Source: Phoronis australis (lineage: Eukaryota; Animalia; Phoronida). From it: a DNA stretch of 64,000 bases. Position numbers and translations under genes: made by a program. The DNA is taken from positions 1-64,000 of the forward strand of contig NMRA01000245.1 in NCBI GenBank assembly GCA_002633005.1, read 5' to 3'. This document shows, piece by piece, positions 25,501-38,660 of this stretch. The notes beneath the pieces were generated by a model, which did no database searches, was not told the origin of the DNA, and saw nothing but the letters and a program-made list of their open reading frames with translations. Within the stretch, counting starts at the first letter, position 1. The number at the start of each line of letters is the position of its first letter.

Positions 25501-28091
25501 GATGTATTTGATAAACCAGGCACGTGTGATTGAATAGAATATTCTTTATTTAGTGTCGGTACATAAAATGGACGCACAATACGCCAAGTGTTTTCCACCC
25601 ACCATAGGTTATGCTAGGCAATTGCATCGCCCTGGATGCCGCAGGCATACAGGAGATATTGTACATCCCCACAAAGAGTTACGAATTTCAAAATACAGGA
25701 AATAAAATCAAATAAAACATGCATATATGCACATGGAGTTATAATTAACACATACCATAAGTCTGGAGACGATTCAGTCAAGATAATTTGAAGAAATCGA
25801 TGAAAATCTGTCGCGGTTTGCTCGAGTTTTTCTTACCGGGTGTCGTTTTGAGGAAGTTACGTGAAATCACGCTTGTTGACGAATAAAAAGTCCAAGAAAC
25901 ACAAATCTGAAAATTACACCTGATGCCTTCTCATGCTATTTTGCAAGTGTCACGCGCCAGCGTCACGCGCTTCGCTCATCCTCGTGCTAGCCTTTGCCTA
26001 ACTCACGTGACTCAGTTGAAATATTTTGTGGTTATCGCGCGCGTGGTGAAAAAGTTCACGGTGACCAAAAAAGTGGAGTTGGAATTTTTCGTCGTAGTCA
26101 CCCTAATTCTCGTAACTAAGCTTCATCGAAGATATGCATAAAAGAAGAAAGGACCACTGAAGAAAGTAAGCGCTTTTAAGTGTGAAATGCATTTTTACGA
26201 GGTGAAAACTCCTAATCGGTGGCCGGATTTGGCCTACTGCCCGTTTAAAATACACCGGACGAAATTCGTACAGAAAGCGATGGGAAGTATTGTAGCGCCT
26301 AACCGGCCAACCGAGGGGCCACGTGTTGCCTAAGGTTGCACGTGTTCTTTCATGGACGTGCTAACCTCCATACACTAAATCATCACACGGGAACGTGTGT
26401 ATTACTTCACAGGAATTATTCCTGAGCGGGACATTTCAATCGACGATGACTTCAATTCCAATAAATCACTCAATAGCTTTGACAACAACTCGACTCTCAA
26501 GGGTATGTGAAGCTCGTTTGACCCATTAGACGACGTGGACAGTATGAAAATGACCCTGAAAGCGATGTTGTTGTTTATCAACTAGATTCAAAGCGTTGTT
26601 TATTTGATCAGGTTTGAACAAGTGTTTTTGTAAATATACGATGCAAACGAAACTAAAAGTATTAATCTAACTTTTGTTTCTCTTATGCTTGCATTAGAAG
26701 ACTTGTTTTAATTTCTGCTTAAAAGTTTTAGGTTTGATCAAGTACTTTACCATAATAAAGCATTTCGCTCCATGTTACCGTGTCAGTGACGTCAGACGAG
26801 AAAGCAAATGTCGTTTCTCATTGAATAGCTTAAGTTTGGTGGAGTACTGCTTCCGTTTCTTCATCAGGTGGCCCATGACTTTAGCTGGCATTTTGAATCA
26901 TGGGTAAAGAAAAAAATGAATAACATGGGGATTTCAATCGGGCGGTTTGTTGAAGTGATTAAGAATAGCGATCAAAACAGCAACCCGCCAAAATGACCGT
27001 TCAGGTCAATTTCGAAATCATTGAAAAGGGCGAGTGACAGACGTCGCCAAGGCACACAACATTCCTTTTCAGTTAAATACTATCGACCCTGCGTAAATTC
27101 ATGCTTGTGATTACAGTTATCAAAAAACAGTTCCAAAGAACCGACAACCACATCGGTAAAATTTACAAAGCCGTTAAGATGTGCAATAGGCCAAAATTAA
27201 TGATCTTTGGTGTATATTTGTATAACTTCAAGATGGATACAAAAACATACAGTGAGTAACTCATTGCTAAACTTTGAATTCCGAAATCTAGAGGTGGTCG
27301 AAACCCAGTGAAGCAAACTGTCCCCTTGGTCGCAACACACCCCCGTCACTATATTTCGAGAAAAGTGGGTCTGGGAAAATAAGTTAAAAAATTGAGCGAA
27401 TTTCATCAAAATAGGGAGCGTCTGACACCTTTCCCTGAGTTAGGAATCCGTCATTGGGAGGGTTGACAAACCAATAATCACAATTTTGGCCTGTTTTTCG
27501 AAAACACATTTTATCTAGTGCACAGCGTCGCTAAAAGCAGAAACCTTGAAGCCCGAATGCTGATCTTTGCGAACACAGAAAGAAAATCAAGTGACAAAAA
27601 GCGTTCAAGTATTATATTTTGAAGTAAATCCATCATCCAGGACAATAATTGGTTACTTGCCATAATATAATTCAGACTGTCAAACCCCTGTCTGGGAAGC
27701 CATCGCTGTCCACGGTAATTCATTGTTATTACTTGTTTTATCTCTAATAATTCGAACAGTTGAGTTTCATCTCTAATAGTTCCTATGGCAGTTTTGTCTT
27801 AATTACGTTGAACGCGAGGCTGTCATTTCTTACGAAATTGCAGTCTGCTATTGTTTTTAAATATCCATATTGTGATGTCAAAAGTTAAGTGCGTGTGGAC
27901 CAAGGAGTAGAAAATCGTTGTCAGTGTGAATACAGACATACATTTCTTGAGTTTATTGAGTACGCCTCCTGTTGTGTGCAATTTTTGTTCCCACCAGATT
28001 AACATATTCAGAGCAGGATACAGAATCATAAAACGTCATTCCCATCAACTTAATTTTTTAACAAAAGTTAGGTTTTGACTGTTTATGTTAA

Positions 28092-28330
28092 AAAGACGTG
28101 GAACGCGAAATATCATTTAAACAATACCTGACGTAAGTACCATCAGGCAACGTCTACTTAACAGTTATTCACTTTTCCTGTGAGGGAATTTCCACAAACA
28201 ACAAAAATTCAAAATGTTTACGAAAAAAAAAACTGTGAAAATACGTAATGGACAGGACTAATTATGTTTCAGTGGTAGAGAACCACTTTAAATAATGCAA
28301 TTTAGTTTGTTTTTCGCGTTTCAGCTCTCT
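28092..28330. mobile_element. Shorter copy of the 43592 MITE family
   Basis: TTAA|AAAGACGTGGAACGCG ... CGCGTTTCAGCTCTCT|TTAA; shared TGTTTCAGTGG.AGAGAA.CACTTT segment. Confidence 0.65.
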
Positions 28331-28387
28331 TTAAGTTTAGATATTTATTTTTGTAGTATTTTTCCGAGCGAAATGGGATACTTTGTA

Positions 28388-29190
28388 CTAAGTTGTGACG
28401 ACATTTAATCCCAACTTATTGATTGATAACCACGTGGATATATCTGATAGCTTATTATTAGTTTCAGTTTCGATGTTCGTTGGATTTGTAGACGGTGTGT
28501 ATATATAACAGGTATCGTCGCACAAGGGTCTCAAGAGAAGTGGATTTGTGGAGGTCATTTGCGTAAATGAGGAAAAGGGGGGAACCGAGAAGAGATGTTT
28601 GGTTTCGCCTGTGATGATAATTAATTTTTTGGGAGAATGAATTGTCAAATAAAACAGTCGATTGGTTAAATATTTTTAGGGATAAATGCTCGACTCCAGT
28701 TATATCTTAAAATGAGAGTTTATGTAGCAAGATACTGTGGTCTGTTGTGTCAAAAGGCTTTTGAAAGGTTTAAAAAGATGGTTGTTGGGTTTATCCTCTT
28801 GTCTAGATGTCCGTTAACTTTGTTACTTAGTTCGAGTGTTGCAAATTCAGTTGATCGTAATTTCTGAAAAACATATTGGCGTTCACATAAGAGATTGTTT
28901 GTGGTTAGGTAATCACAAACCTGGTCATATGCAATTTTTCAAATATTTTGGAGAAGTCAGGTAATAGAGAGGGATATGCCTATAGTTAATATGATGGTCA
29001 TTTCCTTTACATATAGGCACAACTTTGACAATTTTCAAATCAGTTGGAAAATGACCTGTTTCAAAACATTGATTGATGATGGCAGTGATTAGTTTTATAA
29101 TGATCGGATTAATCAATTTCGTGAGTTTGGTGGAAATACTGTCAAATTCTGTGCTAGATTTCGATTTGATATTGAGAATGTTTGTAATTG
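28388..29190 (-). mobile_element. Decayed CR1/L2-group LINE RT fragment
   Basis: FPTDLKIVKVVPI.KG...NYR...KAFDTTDHSILLHKL...LCDDT...WLSINKLGLNV, with frameshifts. Confidence 0.85.
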
Positions 29191-29982
29191 TATGACGTCT
29201 AAATAAAGCTATTTATCTCCGAGGTGTTTAATTTTACAACTATTAATCACACGATATTTGTTGAACAACCCTTAGCGATTGCTAAAGAACTTTCGCAGTA
29301 CTGTTCTTTTTCTGGTATTTTGCGGGCAGCTGCAATTTAATGGATTAGCTTGATAATTGTGAATTAATCATGACAGGAACCCTGCCAGCAATAATTGTAA
29401 GACCACAGGTCTCATCTATAAAACGGTTGTAATAGGTTGAGAGTATTAATGCATTAAAAAAGACAGCTTCGCTAATTTCCTAGTGTAAAAAATATGATGG
29501 GTAATTCGGAGAGACTCTTGCTATTTGTGATTTGATATATTGGTCCGTATTGGGAAGGAACTTGTAGAGTGGTCAAAGTAATTTCCATTAATGTCTCATC
29601 GACTTTTGTAAAACTTGTCGTAAGTATTCCCAGTCGGCGTCTTCACATCACGTATTTCCGGAAGTGGGAATCAACAATCAATTTTGAGGAAAAAATTAAC
29701 TTAAATCGGCTAAAAACAAATTTCTCGTGTCCAAAGCAACTTTCTAGCTTTTAGGCATATTTATTCTTCAACTGTTGCCTTTTTACCATACCTCAAAGTG
29801 AAATTGGTAGTAATAATTCACCTGGGCGAATCCAAAGTGACCTAAAACTTAATGAGCATGGATGGAACCAGTAGCGAATTGTCAGTTTACCTTCTGACAC
29901 AGCGTCACGTATACTGAAAAGTGGCCCTGTGGAAACATGATAAACATGAAATTCCGTGCGTGGACATCAATGCGCATGCCTT

Positions 29983-30125
29983 GGTCGGAAGTATACCGAT
30001 CACATCGTCACCACTTGCACGCGCCTTTACGCATTGTATTGTCTGGGCTTAAGCCACTGAAGCGGGGTTCGATGATTTTGTTTATTTCGATCACTGCAAC
30101 TATTGAAGTCAAAGGTCGTCGCCGT
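29983..30125 (-). pseudogene. RecQ-like helicase N-terminal remnant (transposon-type)
   Basis: (M)ATTFDF...LKPRQ /frameshift/ IQCVKARASGDDVIGILPT matches RecQ motif 0 and the run-up to Walker A (LPTGxGKS). Confidence 0.5.
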
Positions 30126-32521
30126 ACTTCGTAACAGTAAACAGAAAGGGTTTCCCAGATTTCAACTTACAGGAACGACTAAATGTTATGACGTGGGTTT
30201 CATTACTTTAACCAATGAGAAGCCATGTTAAACAACATTCGACAGTGCTACCTTTCTTAGCACTACGAAAGAGTGTAACTCCCAGTTCTGAGCCCAGAGA
30301 TCAGGTCTGATCAGAATAAGAAATAAGATGAAGTCATCTTTATAAAGATTGATGGCTAAATCTAAAATTGGCTTGACAGAAAGCATAGGTTTAACGTCGC
30401 TTTAATCGGACGTTCAACTCATTTAGGTTGGCACACGGTCAATTACATTGACAACTAGGCTATACAAAGTGTTTTCTTCAATATTTTCTATATCCAGGTC
30501 AGATTTGAGCAAGATTTTGTGACGATGCTACCTTTTTTACAAGAGCAACCAAATGAGCCGCCAACAGCAGCGCAAACAATATGCTTCTAAGGGAATTTAT
30601 TAATACAACATAAATTTCCAGAACACGTCAAATCCGTCCGAAAATGGGAAGGCGTTGTCTTTCCAATAGAAATTTATTTATCAAATTTCATTATAATCTA
30701 TTATGGAGCCCAAACATACAGAGGCTATGGTGAAAAAATTACATTCAGGAGGCACCTTGTTGCAGTCAGATCCGTCCATCTGTTTCAGTCATGTTAATAT
30801 CAATACGCTAGCCAAATTTTCAAAAGATCCTGCAGGTTATTTAGAAAATGTGGCGGCAGTTGCATAAAATCACACCAGGGTGCACCACAACAGCCATAAC
30901 CGTCTGAAAATCTACATCTTTCAAATTCCAGAATAGCCCTTCTAGTGGTTTGGCTGATCAGAGTCAGACTACAAAAAGAAGACTCGAAGATAATTTTAAA
31001 ATGGCCACTAGGTAGCGCAGGATACGTCGAATCCATCGCAAAATGGAAAGGTGCTGTCGTGTGCTGTTTGCCAAATTTCATGCAGGAACACCGAAACCAA
31101 ATTCCATGCTAATCAATTAAAGAACTTGGTACATACTAAGGCAGAGACGAAAAAATTGAATTGCCATTAGACGCGGAGATGTCACAGTTTTTCAACCCGG
31201 TAGAAAACGATTGTCAATCGTATTCTCTCCTGTAAAAATACATCTCCCAAATTTCATAATGATCGGGAGAACAAAATTATTGAAGCTTTTCCAGGCATTG
31301 CGCGTCTTCGCTTTCTACTCCTCTGAGGACATTAGACACTTTATTTCTTAGCATTTCAATGCTTAGTACCAAAAGGTGAGTCGTAAACTCTCGATAACAA
31401 TTTTCCGACATCTTACGAGGTGTTAGAATCGCGTGCATCATGATTCCCAGGGGGATAACAGTTAACCTGAAATGTCATGATTCTCGGTAAGAATATCTGT
31501 CATCATTTATCTCGCCCTAGTTTTAAAGAAGTAATATGGGCTAGTTCTTCTGAGGAGTGAAATGTCAACCTCGATCACGCGCTGCTTAGGTTGATCGGCG
31601 AATGCGTGGGTAGTTGTTTTCATTCGTTTGTTCCCGTGTTGTTTCTGGACATATGGCTTAGTAAAAGTGAAGTAAATTTAGAACTGATATCACTAAAAAC
31701 TGATAACGAAACAAATTTATCCATATTTTTTGGAATATTTTGCGATCTAATGGCCACAAACATTGTCAAACGAAGGATCATCTGCGTGCCGAGGGTACTG
31801 CCGCTGCGTAGCTGGTTGGCGTAACGTAAAGCCATCTAGACGTACTATAATAATTTCGATAAGTTCGCAAATTCCTTATAATATATCCGCATGATCAACC
31901 AATACCTGCGCTCTAATACGATACCAAAATCATGGGACAAATAATAGCAGAAATACATTTTTAACACTCGGCCAACGGGAATAGAGTCAGCTTCTTTAGT
32001 GTAACTCAAACTTTTCGCAACTCCACGGTTTTTTAACCGAATTGCACAAGTCATGTCCCTCGAAGTCCCTACATGAGCTCTTGGTGGTTTATGATTGCAC
32101 CACAAGAAAAATGTGAATTAATTTAATTCATAAATTATTATTATTTTGCATATCGGACAGCTTGAAAAACTGATTCTAAAAACCAGGAGAGTAACTAAAA
32201 ATTTAAAAAATAACAAAGAGTGTAATAATTAAACCCTTCAAGTACTAATTGATTATCAATTAATAAATTATTCAATTAATTAAATTGTAATGTCTATTAC
32301 TTCAGGGTGTGATAGCAGCACAAAATGAAAAGTATATGAACCAGAGAGGTAAAATGACCAATCAAAGAAACAGTGAAGATTGCAACTGAATAACGACAAA
32401 GATTTTTGAAACATGAAATTTCAATCCCTCAAAGTTGCTGTACTTCAGAAAATGAATCCCTCACAATTGTAGTGTACAGTTTAGTCACTCATTCATCCAA
32501 AAGCATCAAATAGACTCAGAA

Positions 32522-32651
32522 AAATCAGGAACCCCAACTGGGAATCGAACCACAGGTCTCTGTGTTGCCGGTCCACCAATGTTCTTACCTCAGAGGTAAG
32601 AGCACTAGACCGGTGACCTGAGGTTCGGTCATCAGTTGGGGTTCCTGATTT
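32522..32651. repeat. 130-bp palindrome of two head-to-head tRNA-derived heads
   Basis: Perfect 19-bp outer arms AAATCAGGAACCCCAACTG / CAGTTGGGGTTCCTGATTT, centre TCTTACCTC-A-GAGGTAAGA, box B GGTTCGATTCCC on the minus strand. Confidence 0.75.
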
Positions 32652-32813
32652 CACAATTGGCCAATATCACCGCCTATATATTCATCCAGAAGTGTACGTC
32701 TTTATATATTACTAATATGTTTTCAGTAAAAGTTCAAGGTGCAATCACGTTTACAAAAAATGTGATGAAATGATTACTTCAACTACCCGTGTGAAATTTG
32801 CAGATAAGTTTTT

Positions 32814-32875
32814 CTCATGAGCAAACTTCTATTGTTTAGCTTTGCTCATGAGCAAACTTCTATTGTTTAGCTTTG
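32814..32875 (+). repeat. Perfect 31-bp tandem duplication
   Basis: CTCATGAGCAAACTTCTATTGTTTAGCTTTG x2. Confidence 0.9.
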
Positions 32876-34049
32876 AAAATACCCTGGATAGCTCATTATA
32901 TGGGTTGAAGTTTGTTGCTAAACGTCTTTGTTGAGTAAAAATTAGCGATACTGATACGTGTAGGAGACTAAAAAAATGGACTCTGGAAAATGACATAATC
33001 CATAACAAAGAAACAATGTTATTTGGAACGTTTGTTGCGTAGCTGCCAACACTCAAGAACGAAAGAACGGGTCAACTGGATTGAAAATCGGAACATCTGG
33101 GTCTATGTCACAACAGAAGGGTGAGATAGTCGACACAACACCCAAAAACGTCCCGGCATATAAAAACTTAACTCCATGTAGAAGTTGTTTACTTTATACG
33201 AGATACGAGAATGGTCACTCCTGAGGTGTGCATGCGTGAATGAATGGGTGTACTTATTTGTTTGTTTGTTTTTGTACTGTTTTATAAATGATAATAAATA
33301 CCTGAAAAAAACTTCCCGACAGTGTTTCTTATCGAAAGGGAAATTACAGGTGTCGTACCATCCAAAAACACCTAACGGCGATTTTTGTTTTTCAATCGAT
33401 CAAGAAAGTGCAGGTGTCGTCGCGTATCAAACAGCGGGACATTTTGACAGTGTAGCGGCTTGGCGGGAAATGAATTCAAAAAGTGGGCAGTCCACCGAGA
33501 GGATGCCAGTCAGAAAGCACGCTGTCGGTAACACTAAGTATTGAATTGAACTCTTTCATAAGGTAAATTTTTCATTTTTTGATTTTCAGCTCACGCGTAT
33601 AAGTAAATATACATAAAAATACTGCTGAGAAATTCCATCAACAATATGTCTGGGCTGCAACTGGTGAACAGTGGCAAATTAATTACTGTACAGACAATAC
33701 AAAACAGTGAAAATATGAGTATACACACACTGATACACACAAATAAATAAACGATTAGTTCTTCGAAAGTTACGTTAACACATATGTTAGTAAGCTTTAC
33801 ATTTATATTCGTAGACGAAAAACAATCAGGAACCAAATGTCACTTCTGTCCATAAAGTACCGTAACATGGTTTTTAAGTGCTTTTAAGCACTTAAAAACC
33901 TCCGTTTGCCTTGTATGAACACGTGACTACATTTTCAGCATCATTAAACTTTCCATTATAGCACTGTATATCATATCCCCAGAACAAATCATTGAAGGAA
34001 AGCAAAAGTTTCTGGCTCCATGCACGTGGGTGTGACGTATGAAAGTACC

Positions 34050-34190
34050 CAGCGTCAGTGTGTCATGTCCATCTTGTACAAAATTGAGCCATATCAGTGC
34101 TTCTCTGATGTCCCGTAGGAAACAGAAAATAGTTGCAGTAGGGTGAATTACTGAGTTGTCACAACCACCATAAATGCACCACCATGACAT
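34050..34190 (-). pseudogene. THAP-domain N-terminal remnant of a DNA-transposon protein
   Basis: MSWWCIYGGCDNS...FCFLRD...WLNFV fits THAP C-x4-C...F(P)xD...W..F; the distal C/H ligands are missing. Confidence 0.55.
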
Positions 34191-37100
34191 TTTTTATTTC
34201 ACCATAAATCACAGGAAAACGAGTACCAAAATCTGACGACTTATCATGATAAATACAATCAGGAAGTTGACTACGGCTGTGATTCGTTGTCCCCATTCTA
34301 CGTAGCATGTACTGGCCTATAAATGCTCGTAACTGCTAATTATCATATCGTCAGACAGGAGTTCTAACCTGACAACTGATCGACTGGTGTGGTTGCTTTT
34401 TTGGTGTTTTTTTATATGAAATTAGTGATTTTAAGCTCTTCAATACCGAAGAATATCTTGTTGAAAAACTCTTAACAAGTAGTTTGTTAGTTTGCCGAAA
34501 GTGACTCTCGGACTGCAGCTGCAAATATGTCAGAGGCCAGATTATTCCCGACATTCAGCCATTGTCACGAATCGGTGCGTGTTCGAAAATATTTTTGGCA
34601 TTCTACGTTCGAAGGAATGGTTAAAAGTGAAGTGTAGACTTGGAGAAATCGTAAGCTTTCGCTTTATATTCATATCCAGTACTAACAATGCAGGTATCAG
34701 AGAAATTTAAACTTAAGTGTGATTTTGTTTCACGTTTCAAAAATAAATTTCAATTTCATTCCAATTTCATAAAGAGCGATACTTGACTGATAGAATGCAC
34801 AAAAGTGTCTCCCATCCCTATGAGCTCGTTCTTATTAGTGAGTGAAAGAATGTATGCAAGGGAATGAATGAGAACCACTTCGGAAAACTCGATTTTGGGT
34901 GTGAAATGTAAAGGGAAAACTAGGTCGCAAGCTCGTCGCATAGATATCGCTAGATAGGCGTATCTATTGTTCATTTTGTTTTTCTTTCTTATAACAAATA
35001 TAATGGTAAGCATTTATCGGTAACCGGCTGATGGGCGCCTAAGGTACGACATCCGCGCGGCCTGTATTGTCAGTTATATCCAACAAAGACGCAACAAAGG
35101 AAAATAATGGTAGCGTCCAATAGGCGATAACCATGTGATGTACTTTCGCCCGTCGCATGGATCTCGCAAGTTAAACAATAGCTTTCTACCTCCACACGAC
35201 GTCATTTGGCATGGAGAAAGATAAGATTAACTTTTTCTGCAACATGTGAAGATTACATTACTGCAAGCGAAGCAATGTGAAGTGAATGCGAAAAGAAAAT
35301 GATCAGAATTTTGAAGGTTTAAATCAAAAGATAATTTTTTGCTTTTAGTATAATCGGTACTATTGGTCCACTTTTGCCTTACATGCATAACACGCATCAC
35401 ATGCTGTTAATTAGAGTTCCGGCGTTGGAGATGGGAATGATATTCCATTCTTAAATGTGAATATCCTAAGTCTTTGTTTTTTAAATTATTGTTTTACGTC
35501 CCTACCATTATTGGGTTTTAATCTGCTGGACACGCTGACCAATCCATTCCGTTGGTATTTTGTGTCGGCACCTTTCTCGGTTTGCTCTACGAGAAATAAT
35601 CAATCCTCTGATCTGACATTGACGTGACTGAATTTCTTTAGCAGTAGCAAACTGTCTTCCACCCTTCGCCTCACCTACCTTAGTTTCACAGATCTGCTGG
35701 CGGTACTTTGGTTCACTTCGAAAGTCTGTACAACCTAATACGGTGTTTTCCAGCATCTGACAAACCTAGGGTTTCAGCGCACTATGAACAAGAGGCAGTG
35801 ATGGAACCAAGTTTTTGATCGATACAAATTACGCACACCGTTTTCGATACTGCTGCTTTGTCAGAGCCCGCCCACGGCAATGCTAACATGTGGTGGCTAC
35901 CTACTGCGCTGGAGTGAACGGTGAAATGGCAACTTTACATATTAGTGTAATAATTTTGTGCAATGTAAGTGTACGTGAAGAGACACTGGCGTTATAATTG
36001 GCTGCTTATTGAAGAGATGGCTAAGACGCATTCTGTAGTCTAAACTTATGGAACGAACGTGTTTTTCAGTTTCAAACACGAGAACTAGCCTTTGAACTAT
36101 GGGGCCAAATTCCTTAATTGTCATTCAAAATTCTGTGGAACAATTTGAAATAATTGGGCTTTTGATTTGAGTGATCCTCCCGCATAAATGTGAATTACAA
36201 ATCGATGAGCAATTGTCGAATTTAGCAATAGATAGTTCCGAGATGTCAGTCAAGCAACTAATTCCAGAAAAACAGATGCGTGGGAGCATGTAAACGTAGC
36301 GACAGTCCGCCATCTTGTCCCGCAAATGATGGTTGCTAACGAAAGCATAAACTAGTTTTACTATAGTGCAAGCTCACTTACAATGCAGATCAATACGGCG
36401 AGCGATAAATGGAAAGTGCCTGTCGCTAATAAAAGGGTAAAGTACACTTCACGATCAGCTGAATATACGGCTGGATAAAATAGCACACATTAAAAAATAT
36501 CCTTAGCCATTTTCAAATTTTTATTATACTGCCTTTAATAATTCTATCTAATGTGCATGGAAGGTACAATAATCGTTATTATCCAGAATGAAATACAAAT
36601 AATTATTCACGTGCCCCGAGTCTTTGGCGTCAAATCTTAAAATCAGGACAATCTCATTGGTCTTATGCCTTGGAAGATAATTCCTCAAAGTACAAAGAAG
36701 AATGAGGTCCTCCATAGTTTTATTGGGGAGACTGAGGTGCTCAGGGATCGTGAGGGTAATTACTGTAATGGAGGAGAGGGTGCCCCTTGAGGCGCGCAGT
36801 GAATCATTACAAGCCAACACAAGCGTGTTTTAAGCACGGGCAGAAATGCCTTTTTAGTTTGCTAAAGAGACATTGTCGGTTTTGCGGCCGAAAAACGCAT
36901 TTTGGATAGTTGGATGGGACAGCCTTTTCAGTTGAAGTTACTGGTTGACTTTTTGAAGTTACTGATTGACTTTTACCAGACCTATTTTTGTGTTTTTATT
37001 ACAAATCGACAATTCTCACCATTATCTAGCCAGACATTCGTTGAAATCTGGGTCGGTAAAATACTCGAGCGGTGGGTTAAACGGCGACCTCGAGGGTTGC

Positions 37101-37370
37101 GGGTTCGATTACGCGCTGAGGATGACCTCGGAAAATCTTTTTTCTCGCGGTTATTGTCCCTTTAATGGGATCACGTGTAGTCGGTTACTGCCAGTGAATC
37201 AATGAACCCCAAAGTTAATTAAACGCTTGACATGAACATACAAATGTCTTACAAAATATACTTGTATTTACAAGAGATCGTTCTCGGCATTTGTGGCCTG
37301 TTGATTATGGCTCGTGTGTCGTACAGTGGCCTAGAAACTGAAACGTCCACGAGTTTCCTTCAAACAAATA

Positions 37371-37819
37371 CCGTAAACCTTCTAATAGGAGCCGGGTTTC
37401 TTATAGAAACCTTATTCTGATATAGGCCGCTTGCTTTCCAGTAGAACTCGGGTGTCCCATAGTTACTACCTTGATCTGCCTTATCTTGGAATAAAGTGAC
37501 ACGACCTTGGATTGGACAATTGGCAAAGACCATTTTTCTGTTAGTCATTGTGGTTCTGGCTTAGTAATTGCTAAACCCTGGGTCTCTGCAAAAACCTCAC
37601 TACAGACCGGTCTCCCGTTCAGTAACGCTAGGACCTCGCTAAAAAGCAAGACTTCGCGAGATTACGTGAGATATTGCCGTGTATTTAAAATGAGAGCACG
37701 TGACTTAAGCTAGATTTTAGCTAGGTCCAAGCGTTGGTCCTAGCGTTACTGAACGCACCCCGGGTCTGGAGCACGGGTCAGTAATTTGAACACCCTGGCT
37801 TCTATTAGAAGGCGTACGG
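37371..37819. mobile_element. Tc1/pogo-like MITE, TA TSD
   Basis: TA|CCGTAAACCTTCTAATAGGAGCC ... GGCTTCTATTAGAAGGCGTACGG|TA; related piece at about 19085-19263. Confidence 0.7.
37611..37760. mobile_element. Harbinger-like MITE (CGG TSD) nested in a Tc1/pogo-like MITE
   Basis: Reverse-complement homolog of 21928-22069 with CGG flanks. Confidence 0.75.
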
Positions 37820-38169
37820 TATACAACTGCGTAGGATTAGGATAATGAGCAAGAAATGATATCTTGTCTCATCTCTTCCGACATCCACATCCAAGTTCCT
37901 TTGATAAGAGATTTCATTTCGCCTACAACAACTATATAACCGGCCATAGCAATTTACCAGTAAAGGCCAAGAAATAACACAATTGCTTCTTGGTTGCGTT
38001 CCGTAGTAGACGTAATAATCCAGCGATTGAAATATCACGCAACACTTCGCGAGATGTCCTCAAAGCGATATGTATGACCACACTAGCTGTTCTCTTAGCC
38101 CAGGGCTGCGTTCCGTGTACCAAAGACTTGCACCATTTGAACCTCAACAACTATAATCACACCAGTGGT

Positions 38170-38660
38170 CAGTCTCGTCCCTATGCCTCAAGATGGCGCT
38201 GATTGGTTTAGCCATTTTGAGGCTTGGTTATGGGAAATGAAATGTGTCAGAATTCTGACACATTTTTACGGAAATCGCCAGATTATCAGAAGTAATATAT
38301 AGCTACATCATCTTCGAAATTTTCCGCAGTTTAATATGAAAATGAAAACTAAAGGTATACTGCAGCAATTTAAGTCTAAATTATTGCAAAAATGATGTAC
38401 TTTGATTCGAAAACAGATTAATTTCTAAGATACTATTAATAAAAAAGATTTGAAAATAAGTACGCCAACAACCTTTATTTCAAACAATAATCAAAACAAT
38501 GCCTTCTACTTCTTGAATGGCAGGAACAACGCTTGCGAAAATAATTAAAATCTGTCATTGTTTTCATGACGTCAAGGCAGCGGCCAATCATTGCGCAGAA
38601 GGTAATTCCCATAAACAAGTCTCATATGGCGAAACCGATCAGCGCTTGGGGACGAGGCTG
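38170..38660. mobile_element. Unclassified MITE with about 65-bp imperfect TIRs
   Basis: CAGTCTCGTCCC...GCGCTGATTGGTTTAGCCAT...TTATGGGAA mirrored by TTCCCATAA...ATGGCGAAACCGATCAGCGC...GGGACGAGGCTG. Confidence 0.65.

Noticed and set aside
30620-31060. Two diverged copies encoding DxxFPFxDGFDV on the minus strand
   Set aside because: Flanking stops and adjacent ATGAAATTTG motifs point to non-coding transposon subterminal repeats; coding origin is not supported.
35508-36325. Minus-strand ORFs of 60-82 aa
   Set aside because: No recognisable motif or splice structure.
37060-37115. tRNA gene (GGGTTCGATT box B)
   Set aside because: Only a partial T arm; at most a SINE-head relic.
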